Source: Microcystis aeruginosa NIES-2549 (lineage in GTDB: Bacteria > Cyanobacteriota > Cyanobacteriia > Cyanobacteriales > Microcystaceae). Taken from it: 32,000 nucleotides of DNA. The stretch is taken from contig NZ_CP011304.1 in NCBI RefSeq assembly GCF_000981785.2, forward strand, positions 1,170,001-1,202,000, read 5' to 3'. The notes under the pieces were generated by a model that had not been told where the DNA came from, made no database searches, and was given only the letters and a program-made list of their open reading frames with translations. The position numbers and the translations under genes are program-made. Below are positions 17,758 through 26,826 of this stretch, in pieces (the first letter of the stretch is position 1; each line of letters begins with the position of its first letter).

Positions 17758-19116
17758 ATGAAACTGCCTGTCGTCGCTATTATCGGTCGTCCCAATGTGG
17801 GCAAATCTACCCTCGTCAATCGTATCGCTGGAGATCAACAGGCGATCGTTTTCGATCAACCCGGGATTACCAGAGATCGCACCTATCAACCAGCTTTCTG
17901 GTGCGATCGAGATTTTCAAATTGTCGATACAGGAGGGCTAGTTTTTAACGATGACAGCGAATTTCTCCCTTTAATCCGCGAACAGGCTTTAATCGCCCTA
18001 GCAGAGGCAAGTGTGGCGATTTTTGTCGTCGATGGCCAGGCAGGAATTACCGCCGGCGATCGAGAAATTGCCGCTTGGTTACGACAGCAAAATGTGCCGA
18101 TACTTTTGGCAGTCAATAAATGTGAATCGGTGGAACAGGGTATCCTGCAAGCGACGGAATTCTGGGAATTGGCCATCGGTGAACCCTTCCCCATCTCGGC
18201 CATTCACGGCTCTGGTACAGGAGAACTACTTGATGCCCTGATTAAATATTTGCCACCCGGGGCGGAAATTCCCGAAAATGAAGAGATTAAAGTGGCAATT
18301 ATCGGTCGTCCTAACGTGGGTAAATCCAGTCTTCTCAATGCTTTAACCGGACAACAACGGGCGATCGTCAGTCCGATTTCGGGAACCACCAGAGACTCGA
18401 TCGATACTTTAATTGAACGAGAAGGACAGGTGTATCGGTTAATTGACACCGCTGGCATTCGCCGTAAGAAGAATGTGGACTATGGAGCCGAATTTTTCAG
18501 TATTAACCGTGCTTTTAAGGCAATTCGCCGGTCTGACGTGGTGCTATTCGTCATCGATGTGCTAGATGGTGTCACCGAACAGGATTTAAAATTAGCGGGG
18601 CGAATCATTGAAGAAGGGCGTGCGGTGGTGCTAGTGGTCAATAAATGGGATGCGGTGGAGAAAGACACCTACACCATCAATACTTATACCAAAATGCTCC
18701 AAGATCGGCTGTATTTTATGGATTGGGCAGAAATGATCTTTGTCAGCGCCATGACGGGGCAAAGAGTCACTAAAATCCTCGAATTAGTCGATATTGCCGC
18801 CGAATCTCACCGTCGTCGCGTCAGTACCTCGGTAATCAACGATGTGATCGAAGATGCGGTTAAATGGCACAATCCCCCCACCACCAGAGGCGGAAAACAG
18901 GGGAAACTATACTATGGCACGCAAGTATCGAGTCAACCCCCCACGATCGCCCTTTTTGTTAACGATCCCCAGCGCTTTAATGATAACTATCGCCGTTACA
19001 TCGAAGGGCAATTCCGGCAACAGTTAGGCTTTAAAGGAACCCCGATCCGCTTAATCTGGCGCGGCAAACCGGCGCGAGAAGTGGAAAAAACGGTTAATAG
19101 AGCCACCAAGGTCTAA
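17758..19116 (+). CDS. der: Ribosome-biogenesis GTPase Der (EngA), with two G domains and a KH-like domain
   Basis: GRPNVGKST and GRPNVGKSS Walker A motifs, DTGG and DTAG, NKCE and NKWD. Confidence 0.95.
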   Translation: MKLPVVAIIGRPNVGKSTLVNRIAGDQQAIVFDQPGITRDRTYQPAFWCDRDFQIVDTGGLVFNDDSEFLPLIREQALIALAEASVAIFVVDGQAGITAGDREIAAWLRQQNVPILLAVNKCESVEQGILQATEFWELAIGEPFPISAIHGSGTGELLDALIKYLPPGAEIPENEEIKVAIIGRPNVGKSSLLNALTGQQRAIVSPISGTTRDSIDTLIEREGQVYRLIDTAGIRRKKNVDYGAEFFSINRAFKAIRRSDVVLFVIDVLDGVTEQDLKLAGRIIEEGRAVVLVVNKWDAVEKDTYTINTYTKMLQDRLYFMDWAEMIFVSAMTGQRVTKILELVDIAAESHRRRVSTSVINDVIEDAVKWHNPPTTRGGKQGKLYYGTQVSSQPPTIALFVNDPQRFNDNYRRYIEGQFRQQLGFKGTPIRLIWRGKPAREVEKTVNRATKV

Positions 19117-19119
19117 TTT

Positions 19120-19995
19120 ATGGATTTATTGCGAAGTTTGCCCATCGGTCTTTATCTCGATCAACCGATTACTCGACTACATCAACTAGATGCGCGGGTA
19201 AAATTTATCTGGTTAATGGCTTTTTTAGCAGCACCTTTATTGGCTAATCCTTGGTGGCGTTTAGCTTTGGTGGGATTGTTAATGTTTTTAACCCTGCTTG
19301 CACCTATTCCCCCCCGCGTCTGGCGGCAACAGATGGGCTGGCTGATATTTTTGGCGATTATCGTCTTTCTGATTACTGCTATCACTCCCGATGGTTTAGC
19401 GGTGAGTATTCAGCCGCGTTTACCGGAGGAAGGGCTGAATTTACCGCCAGCAAGTGATTATCAGTATGTTTTATGGGATAGAGGCCGTTTATTTGTTACC
19501 CGACGTTCTTTGGAATTAGCAGTGAGAATTAGTACGTTAGTTTTTACTTTGATTTATAGCACTAATCTCTTTTTGTTGACGACGGCCCCGGAAGAAATTA
19601 CCGAAGGGTTAGAGAATTTAATGAGTCCTTTACGGCGATTTAATGTGCCGGTGACGGAAATTTCTCTGACTCTTACCCTGTCTTTGCGCTTTATTCCTCT
19701 GGTTTTAGAAGAAGTGCAAAATCTGGCTAGGGCAGTGCGAACTAGGGCGATCGATTGGCAAAAATTAGGGATTAAAAGAAGTTTAAACGTCTGGTTAACA
19801 GTAGTGGAAAAATTACTAGATAATTTGCTTTTGCGTGCGGAACAAATAGCGATCGCTATGGAGGTTCGCGGTTTTACCAGTCCCAATCAGCATCAAGTGC
19901 GCTGGCACCAATTACAGTTAAGATGGGCTGATTTTATCGCTTTATTTTTGTTAATTCCCTTTTGGGCAGCCCGATTAGTTTGGGGTGGTTTATAG
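19120..19995 (+). CDS. ecfT: Energy-coupling-factor transporter transmembrane (T) component, CbiQ/EcfT family
   Basis: 291-aa polytopic membrane protein with Arg-rich cytoplasmic helices typical of CbiQ/EcfT. Its start lies 3 nt after the der stop. Confidence 0.75.
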   Translation: MDLLRSLPIGLYLDQPITRLHQLDARVKFIWLMAFLAAPLLANPWWRLALVGLLMFLTLLAPIPPRVWRQQMGWLIFLAIIVFLITAITPDGLAVSIQPRLPEEGLNLPPASDYQYVLWDRGRLFVTRRSLELAVRISTLVFTLIYSTNLFLLTTAPEEITEGLENLMSPLRRFNVPVTEISLTLTLSLRFIPLVLEEVQNLARAVRTRAIDWQKLGIKRSLNVWLTVVEKLLDNLLLRAEQIAIAMEVRGFTSPNQHQVRWHQLQLRWADFIALFLLIPFWAARLVWGGL

Positions 19996-20040
19996 CAGTT
20001 ATCAGTTATCAGTTCACTCATTACTGTTCACTGTTCACTG
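19996..20040. repeat. Heptamer tandem repeats (CAGTTAT x2, CAGTTCA, ..., CTGTTCA x2) starting at the base after the ecfT stop
   Basis: cagttatcagttatcagttcactcattactgttcactgttcactg. Confidence 0.85.
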
Positions 20041-20862
20041 AAAATACTTCCCATTGCCCTTGATTGACTGGGTTTTAGCCTACTTGTGTCTTGAAATACT
20101 TCCTTTGCTGTCTGAAATCACACAAGTCCTGATATAAAGACTGTATGATCATAGTCGGAGTAAATTACATTGTGGCGATTGCTTCCCGCCTCTAATCTAG
20201 ACTGTATCGGGATTTGTCATCGCTAATTGTAATGGTGATCTTTGACAGCCAATGATTTTTTAAGTCTGTTAGCACGCTATGTCTATTCTAAATCAAGAAA
20301 ATCCTCAGCTAAAAACTCTCAGCCTGTTTCAAAAATACCAAAAAACAGGGGATAATAAGTTATATTATCGGATAAAGGTAGAGGCTAGTACACTGTCTGT
20401 CACAACTAAAGAAAAAAGGTATTAGCCTTGCAAATTAGGGCATTCTCAAACCCGACAGGCCCAAGAATAACAATGAAGGGAAAAGGGGTTAACCTTTGCG
20501 GTTAACAATTTGGATCTTCTGGTTTCTCTGTGAAAACGAGGTCTATACTGATAGTTTCTTGCTCGGCTCGTCCGAAGTCATCGCCGAACGTCAAAATAGC
20601 CCTAAAAGTATTGCCCGATAAGCATTTCACGATTCCCTAAGCAAAAACGATTACACAAAGTCGAGAAGAGCAGCAATTTCCTACTAAAGATAGATATTTA
20701 AACACATCAAAAATACTATTTATAAAGGTAAGTTACAGCGTTTCTTATCAGGATGGAGTATGACGGGATTTGGCATTGGGCAAGGCGCATCTAATTTTTG
20801 TAAATCCACTAAGTTGGGATTTTTAAAGGGAAACTCCCCGCTAAAATTGGGTGTTAATTCTA

Positions 20863-21030
20863 ATTTTATCACTCAATCCAAGCCTTTGGGCGGTTCTACC
20901 TCCCCTAAACCCCCCCCTCCGTGGACGAAGTGCCTCCCCCGAACGCCAGATTAGATCGATTGTATTATTTTTTCCGGGAAATGCTTACAAGCAGTTGTTG
21001 ATGTGTTTGTAATCATTTCAGGGTCACTGA
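20863..21030 (+). repeat. Copy A of a roughly 160-170-bp dispersed repeat with a degenerate GC-rich core, upstream of the histidine kinase
   Basis: Aligns with the reverse complement of 22445-22598. There is a 28-nt identical core attttatcactcaatccaagcctttggg (20863-20890 versus 22571-22598), then ggttctacc, then gapped similarity (atgcttaca.gcag.tg) for about 100 nt more. The outer limits are approximate. Confidence 0.7.
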
Positions 21031-21188
21031 TAATTGCTGATTGTCGATGTTCCTGCAAATCTCCGATGCACCCATTTGGCATCATCTCCAGAGGACTGCT
21101 ACTGTTCCGACGTTCCCCAAAACTAGAGATTTCCTCCCTAACCATCAAGATAACCGCTATAGCTACAGCAACTAACAACTAAACAACT

Positions 21189-22328
21189 ATGATCAATCCA
21201 GATATTCGCCATAGTGCCTATTCACCCTCATTCACGACTAAACAGCATCCGCGAAAAGTAAATCAGCAATTAGAAGTCAGAATTCGGCAAAACAATCAGG
21301 AGTTAGCAGCAGCGTTAGAAAAGCTACAATCCTACGCAGAAAAGCAGACTTTAGCTGTAGAAGTGGCAAATGTGGGACTATGGGATTGGGAGCTAACCAC
21401 TGCCCCAGAATACCCCCCCCTAGACGGGGAAAAACTAGCAGACCTAATCCAGGGCGCTTGTACTCCCTACAAAAAAGAATATATAAGACCCGATGGTAAT
21501 ATAGTTCCCGTGATCATGGGTTACGATTTGGTAGCTACAAAAAGAGGGGAAATGGTGGCGATTCCCCTTAATTTAATCCCTGTTAAAGAGACAGGGCTAC
21601 AAATACAGAGTTTGAATGCGACTTTGACTAAAATTAGCCAACTTTTAGTCAAAAGAAACCAAGAATTAGAAAGTTTTGCCTATGTGGTTTCCCACGATTT
21701 GAAAGCACCTTTACGAGCGATCGCCAATCTTTCCCAGTGGCTAGAAGAAGACTTAGAAGAAAATCTCACCGAAGAGACGCGCCACAATCTGCGGCTACTT
21801 CAGCGGCGAGTTTATCGTCTCAAAACCATGATTGAAGGTTTGTTAGACTATTCTCGCATCGGTTTAAATTCTCTACCAGAAGAAACGGTAAACCTGACAG
21901 AATTAATCGAGGAAATTATCGCAAGTTTAGCAGTACCTCCTGATTTTACTATCGAAGTCAAGTCACCTTTACCAACTCTTGTCACTAAACGTTTATTGTT
22001 ATCTCAAGTATTTTCTAATCTAATTAGTAACGCCATTAAACACCATCATGACCATCAAGGACACGTTGAAATTCAAGCTATCGATCGAGGTGATTATTAC
22101 GAGTTTAGCGTCAAAGATGATGGACCAGGTATCGCCACCGAACATCAAGAAAAAATCTTTGAGATTTTCCAGATACTAAATTCGCGAGATCAAAAAGAAA
22201 ATACAGGGATAGGTCTATCAATTGTCAAAAAAATTCTTGATAATCAAGGAGGGAGAATTTGGATAGAATCCCAAGCAGGTGAAGGGGCAACTTTTTATTT
22301 TACTTGGCAGAAAAATACTCCTAGTTAA
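21189..22328 (+). CDS. Orphan cytoplasmic histidine kinase: coiled coil, shortened PAS-like segment, HisKA and HATPase_c
   Basis: H box VSHDLKAPLRAI, N box NLISNAIKH, G boxes DDGPGI and GIGLSIV. The PAS start motif GLWDWELTT is followed by only about 60 aa before the linker. Confidence 0.85.
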   Translation: MINPDIRHSAYSPSFTTKQHPRKVNQQLEVRIRQNNQELAAALEKLQSYAEKQTLAVEVANVGLWDWELTTAPEYPPLDGEKLADLIQGACTPYKKEYIRPDGNIVPVIMGYDLVATKRGEMVAIPLNLIPVKETGLQIQSLNATLTKISQLLVKRNQELESFAYVVSHDLKAPLRAIANLSQWLEEDLEENLTEETRHNLRLLQRRVYRLKTMIEGLLDYSRIGLNSLPEETVNLTELIEEIIASLAVPPDFTIEVKSPLPTLVTKRLLLSQVFSNLISNAIKHHHDHQGHVEIQAIDRGDYYEFSVKDDGPGIATEHQEKIFEIFQILNSRDQKENTGIGLSIVKKILDNQGGRIWIESQAGEGATFYFTWQKNTPS

Positions 22329-22391
22329 ACCCCAACTAAGTTGATAACCGTGGTTTTTACTCCTCTGTTTTAAGATGGGTTTTGACCCATA

Positions 22392-22701
22392 ATACTAAAT
22401 CCGCTGAGTATAGGCTACATATCAGGAGAGGCACTCCTGCAAGTGGAGCGACTCTTAAATTATGACAGATGTATTAGCAGCTGCGTGTAAGCATCCCACC
22501 GAAAAACTAATGCGCGGGGGGTTTGGGGGCGGCGCCACGCCCCCAACGGGGGGGTTGGGGGGTAGAACCCCCCAAAGGCTTGGATTGAGTGATAAAATCG
22601 GAAGTAATACGGCCATCCGTTGAGTATGGGCTACATATCAAGAGAGGCACTAATGCAAAACGGAGAAGCAATAATCAGTTTTTAATAACTGGATTTAGTA
22701 T
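22392..22701. mobile_element. Composite, nested non-coding repeat element bounded by 11-bp inverted termini ATACTAAATCC/GGATTTAGTAT
   Basis: Termini lie at 22392-22402 and 22691-22701. Inside, about 49-bp direct repeats (22400-22448 and 22616-22665, roughly 84% identical) bracket copy B of the GC-rich repeat. No ORF with a start codon. Confidence 0.5.
22445..22598 (-). repeat. Copy B of the roughly 160-bp repeat, inverted relative to copy A. It has two GC hairpins and multiple G-tracts.
   Basis: See 20863-21030. GGGGGCG-gcgcca-CGCCCCC and GGGGGG-tagaa-CCCCCC hairpins, and G-tracts G6, G5, G7 and G6 within about 50 nt (22515-22566). Confidence 0.7.
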
Positions 22702-22730
22702 AAGCTCTCAGCCAAAACCAGAGGAAAAGT

Positions 22731-22760
22731 GCCAATTCAAGTCTGAATTGGCGTGTTTTT
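22731..22760 (+). terminator. Rho-independent terminator in the convergent spacer between the histidine kinase and the peroxiredoxin gene (possibly bidirectional)
   Basis: GCCAATTCA-agtc-TGAATTGGC followed by GTGTTTTT. Confidence 0.55.
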
Positions 22761-22847
22761 AAGTCAGAATCAGGACAATTACTGGATAGATGTTGTAATT
22801 TCTTTCCAGGTAATTATCTGATCGGGATTTCTTTCATAATCATCAAC

Positions 22848-23303
22848 TTAAAAAGATTTAATCGTGTTTAAAGATTCGGTAACGTGAGCTTTAAAATCTA
22901 ACATAGAATCAAAAATATGTCTGACGATTCCCTCTTTATCAATGATATAGGTAACTCGTCCGGGGAGGACGAATAAGGTAGAGGGAACACCGAATAATTT
23001 CCGCACTTGGTTATCGCTATCACTTAAAAGGGTGAAGGGAAGATTATATTTTTGGGCAAATTGTTGATGAGATTGGGGACTATCGGCACTAATACCAATA
23101 ACTTCCGCACCCGCATCGGTAAACACTTCATAACTATCGCGGAAAGCGCAGGATTCTGCGGTACAACCCGGAGTGTCATCTTTGGGATAGAAATAAATTA
23201 CTAGGGATTTTTTACCGATTAAATCGCCGATATTAACCGTTTCCCCTGTTTGGGAAGGGAGAGAAAAATTGGGAACTTGATCGCCTACTTTTATAGCTGC
23301 CAT
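22848..23303 (-). CDS. bcp: Peroxiredoxin Q / bacterioferritin comigratory protein family thiol peroxidase
   Basis: YFYPKDDTPGCTAESC, with the peroxidatic Cys and a resolving Cys five residues later. Length is 151 aa. Confidence 0.9.
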   Translation of the reverse strand: MAAIKVGDQVPNFSLPSQTGETVNIGDLIGKKSLVIYFYPKDDTPGCTAESCAFRDSYEVFTDAGAEVIGISADSPQSHQQFAQKYNLPFTLLSDSDNQVRKLFGVPSTLFVLPGRVTYIIDKEGIVRHIFDSMLDFKAHVTESLNTIKSF

Positions 23304-23352
23304 AAGATTAATTAATCGATAGATAATTGTGGATAGGTTGATACTTTACATT

Positions 23353-25047
23353 CTAACCTTTTTTGGCCTTTTGTTTAGCGCGTTTAGCGGCAGCTTTGGC
23401 CGCTTTTTCCGCTTCAATGCGTTTTTGTTCGGCTTTTTGTTTTTCTTCGTCTAGTTTTTCTAGATAATAGTGATAATCTCCAGCATAGGCAATTAATTCG
23501 CCGTCCCGAATCTCGACAATTTTGTTAGCTACCTGGGAGATAAAATAACGATCATGGGAAACAATTAAAACCGTGCCTTCATAAACTTTTAAAGCCGATT
23601 CTAACATTTCCTTGGCGGGAATATCGAGGTGATTGGTGGGTTCATCGAGAATTAATAAGTTAGCGGGAGCAAGTAACATCTTGGCTAAAGCAAGACGCGC
23701 TTTTTCGCCACCACTCAAAGATTCTACTTTTTTTAATACCGTTTCCCCACTGAATAAAAATCGCCCTAAAAGACTGCGAACTTCCACATCTTTCCAATCG
23801 GGAACTTCATCATGAATGGTATTTAAAACAGTTTTAGTTAGGTCTAAAGCTTCCGCTTGGTTCTGCTCAAAATAACTAGGAATAACGTTATGTTTACCGA
23901 TTTCGATCGAGCCTTCTGTGGGAGCTTCTAAACCAACAATTAAGCGTAAAAGCGTCGATTTCCCCGCTCCATTCGGACCTAAAAACGCCACTCGATCGCC
24001 CCTTTCTATTTCCAGATTTGCTCCCAAAAAGAGAATTTTATCATCGTAAATGTGAACAAGATTTTTGATAGTTACCACTTCTCGACCACTACGCACTGCT
24101 GGAGGAAACTGGAATTTTAAGGTACGCACATCGGCGATTGGTGCTTCAATTTTTTCTACCTTTTCTAATTGTTTTTCCCGGCTTTTTGCTTGGGTGCTAC
24201 GGGTGGCACTGGCCCGGAACCGATCGACGAAAACTTGCTGTTTTTCTAGTTCTTTTTGTTGACGTTCGTAGGCACTTAACTGAGCGGATTGTTGTTCGTA
24301 TTTTTGCTGTAGGTAGGCAGAATAATTACCTAAATAAGTGGTAGAAACTCCCCTTTCAGTTTCGACAATTTTGGTACAGAGGCGATCGAGAAATTCCCGG
24401 TCGTGGGACACTATGACCATGGGAGTGGTTAAATCCTTGAGGAATTTTTCTAACCATTCAATGGTTTCTAAGTCTAAATGGTTAGTGGGTTCATCGAGGA
24501 GTAAAATATCGGGAGTTTGTAGGAGAATTTTGCCTAAACTCATCCGCATTTGCCAACCACCACTAAAGGAACTTACCAAGCGATCGCCGTCATCAATAGT
24601 AAAGCCCATTTCTGGTAAAATTTTCTCGATGCGTGCTTCTAATCCATAACCATCTAACCCTTCAAATTGTCTTTGTAAGCGATCCAATTGATGAATTAAG
24701 CGATCTAATTCTTCGGGATCGGCTTTTTCCATGTGCTGGGGAATTTCTATTAGTTGATGGTGGACTTGATTCGCTTCTTGAAACACCGTCCAAAATTCCT
24801 CGCGTACCGTCCGACGGGGATCCACTTCAAATTCTTGGGTAAGATAGCCGATATGGAGACTGGTAGGACGGATGATCTCCCCGGCGGTGGGTTCCACTTC
24901 CCCCATAATAATCTTTAGTTGGGTGGATTTTCCGGCCCCATTGACTCCCACCAACCCGATGCGATCGCCAGTTTTTACTTCCCAAGTGACATCTTTTAAC
25001 ACTTCTCCCGTCGGGTAAATCTTACTAATTCTCTCTAGTCGTAGCAT
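23353..25047 (-). CDS. ABC-F family ATPase (two nucleotide-binding domains, no transmembrane domain) with a Lys/Ala-rich C-terminal tail
   Basis: Walker A GVNGAGKST and GPNGAGKST, signatures FSGGWQMR and LSGGEKAR, and an inter-domain linker. Confidence 0.9.
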   Translation of the reverse strand: MLRLERISKIYPTGEVLKDVTWEVKTGDRIGLVGVNGAGKSTQLKIIMGEVEPTAGEIIRPTSLHIGYLTQEFEVDPRRTVREEFWTVFQEANQVHHQLIEIPQHMEKADPEELDRLIHQLDRLQRQFEGLDGYGLEARIEKILPEMGFTIDDGDRLVSSFSGGWQMRMSLGKILLQTPDILLLDEPTNHLDLETIEWLEKFLKDLTTPMVIVSHDREFLDRLCTKIVETERGVSTTYLGNYSAYLQQKYEQQSAQLSAYERQQKELEKQQVFVDRFRASATRSTQAKSREKQLEKVEKIEAPIADVRTLKFQFPPAVRSGREVVTIKNLVHIYDDKILFLGANLEIERGDRVAFLGPNGAGKSTLLRLIVGLEAPTEGSIEIGKHNVIPSYFEQNQAEALDLTKTVLNTIHDEVPDWKDVEVRSLLGRFLFSGETVLKKVESLSGGEKARLALAKMLLAPANLLILDEPTNHLDIPAKEMLESALKVYEGTVLIVSHDRYFISQVANKIVEIRDGELIAYAGDYHYYLEKLDEEKQKAEQKRIEAEKAAKAAAKRAKQKAKKG

Positions 25048-25182
25048 CGCTGATTTTTCTCCAGTCCTAGGCCGGTGAGGCAGTCCGCCTTTATTGTAAC
25101 ATTTAGTTAAGCTTTATCTGGTCTTTGTCAAGTTTTCTCGATTGAGCCACCCGACAGTATTTTTGATCTGAAAGAGATAATA

Positions 25183-26826
25183 ATGCTTAATCCCTACCCC
25201 ATAAAAAAAGAAACGGCTAGTTTAATCACCAGAGATGGAATTAGTTTAGCTGCCGATATTTATCGTCCCGATAGTAGGGAATCTTTGCCCATTTTACTAA
25301 TGCGACAACCCTACGGAAAAGCGATCGCTTCTACGGTGGTTTATGCCCATCCTAGCTGGTATGCACGTCAGGGTTATATTGTGGTAATTCAGGATGTCCG
25401 GGGACGGGGAAACTCGACGGGAAATTTTAATTTATTTGCCCATGAAATTAGGGACGGATTAGAAACCATTGAATGGGTTTTAACTATTCCTAATAATACG
25501 GGTGTGGTGGGAATGTATGGTTTTTCCTATCAGGGAATGACCCAATTATATGCCGCTGCCAATGGTCATAGCGCTTTAAAAACTATTTGTCCAGCGATGA
25601 TTGCTCATGATTTATATCGAGATTGGGCCTATGAAAATGAAGCATTTAATTTACAATATAATCTCGCTTGGGCAATACAATTAGCGGCGGAAACAGCTAG
25701 ATTAAAAGGGGACGAAACTGCCTATCAAAAACTCTGGGTAGCTTCCCGAAATTTACCCCTTTTTGATCCTATTGCAGCCTCTCCCCAAATTCTACATGAT
25801 TTGGCCGCCGATTCTTTTTATCACGATTGGATTACTCGTTATCTTCCCGATGACTATTGGCAAAATTTATCACCGCAACACCTTTTAAAAAATATCGATT
25901 TGCCGATGTTACATATCGGGGGTTGGTTCGATCCTCATCTCCGGGGAACTTTGAGTTTATACCAAGAAATGCAAAGTCGTTCTATTTATCCCCAACGGCT
26001 AATTATTGGTCCTTGGACTCATCTACCCTGGGGGAGAAAAGTAGGAGAGATAGATTATGGTCAAGAGGCAATTAGTCCTGTGGATAAAATGCAGCTGCAA
26101 TGGTTTGATTATTTCTTAAAAGGTCAGGAAGTGGAGTTATTTAAAAATCCTTCCGTGTATCTATTTCAAATGGGATCTAATCAATGGCGATATCTAGAGA
26201 AGTTTCCTGGAGAAAATCAGCAAATTTATTATCTTGCTAGTCAGGGTTTAGCCAATCTGCGGGAGGATGAGGGGAAATTAAGCGCGATTTTGTTAGAACC
26301 TGCGATCGAGGATACCATCGTTCACGATCCTTGGCGACCGGTCCCATCTTTAGGAGGTCATAGCGTCTTACCTGGGGGAATATTCGACCGCACCATGCTA
26401 GACTGTCGCAGTGATGTAATTACCTACACTTCTCCCCCCCTAGAGAAGGATTTAACGATTTTGGGTAGTCCCCGTCTGGATTGTTATTGTCAAGCAGATG
26501 CGGTTAGTTTCGATATCTGCGCGGTGGTTTCTCAAGTTACCCCCGATGGTCGAGTTTTTAATATCACTCAGGGTTATAAACGGGTAAATAATCCCGAATC
26601 ACCCCTAAATATTGCCCTACAGGCCACTTTTATCACTATTCCTCAAGGTCATAGCTTGCGTTTAAGTCTGAGTGCCTCTTGCTTTCCTGCACATCCCGTC
26701 AACGCGGGGACCGGCAGCTATCCCCACCAGAGTCGAGCGATCAATTTTTCTATTATCACAATTAAGGTTTTTTGTCAAGGAAATTTTCCTGCAAAATTGC
26801 TATTACCTTTAGTCGGGGAAAGCTAA
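25183..26826 (+). CDS. CocE/NonD-family serine hydrolase (X-Pro dipeptidyl-peptidase S15-like)
   Basis: 547 aa with nucleophile elbow GFSYQG and a C-terminal beta-sandwich-length extension. Confidence 0.85.
   Translation: MLNPYPIKKETASLITRDGISLAADIYRPDSRESLPILLMRQPYGKAIASTVVYAHPSWYARQGYIVVIQDVRGRGNSTGNFNLFAHEIRDGLETIEWVLTIPNNTGVVGMYGFSYQGMTQLYAAANGHSALKTICPAMIAHDLYRDWAYENEAFNLQYNLAWAIQLAAETARLKGDETAYQKLWVASRNLPLFDPIAASPQILHDLAADSFYHDWITRYLPDDYWQNLSPQHLLKNIDLPMLHIGGWFDPHLRGTLSLYQEMQSRSIYPQRLIIGPWTHLPWGRKVGEIDYGQEAISPVDKMQLQWFDYFLKGQEVELFKNPSVYLFQMGSNQWRYLEKFPGENQQIYYLASQGLANLREDEGKLSAILLEPAIEDTIVHDPWRPVPSLGGHSVLPGGIFDRTMLDCRSDVITYTSPPLEKDLTILGSPRLDCYCQADAVSFDICAVVSQVTPDGRVFNITQGYKRVNNPESPLNIALQATFITIPQGHSLRLSLSASCFPAHPVNAGTGSYPHQSRAINFSIITIKVFCQGNFPAKLLLPLVGES

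Noticed and set aside
20200-20216. A 13-mer atcgggatttgtc shared with 6260-6275.
   Set aside because: About ten or more 13-mer coincidences are expected by chance between the two strands of a 32-kb window, and the flanks are unrelated.
20560-20600. A minus-strand ACGTTCGGCGATGACTTCGGACG segment considered as a glutamine (glnA) riboswitch or a group II intron domain V.
   Set aside because: It lacks the conserved GGAAGUAGG and AAGGAACG elements of glnA RNA. It also lacks the 14-bp bulged helix with a GNRA loop that defines domain V.
20760-20954. A 64-aa ORF with a proline-rich tail (…PLGGSTSPKPPPPWTKCLPRTPD).
   Set aside because: Its C-terminal half is a translation of the GC-rich dispersed repeat. 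The inverted copy at 22445-22598 keeps the same frame and stop but has no start codon upstream before a TAA. The conservation is therefore at the nucleotide (repeat) level, not in coding.
20951-21178. A 75-aa TTG-initiated minus-strand ORF upstream of the kinase gene.
   Set aside because: It has a non-ATG start without a ribosome-binding site. It overlaps the repeat copy A tail and has no motifs. I kept it only as part of the description of the ORF-poor region.
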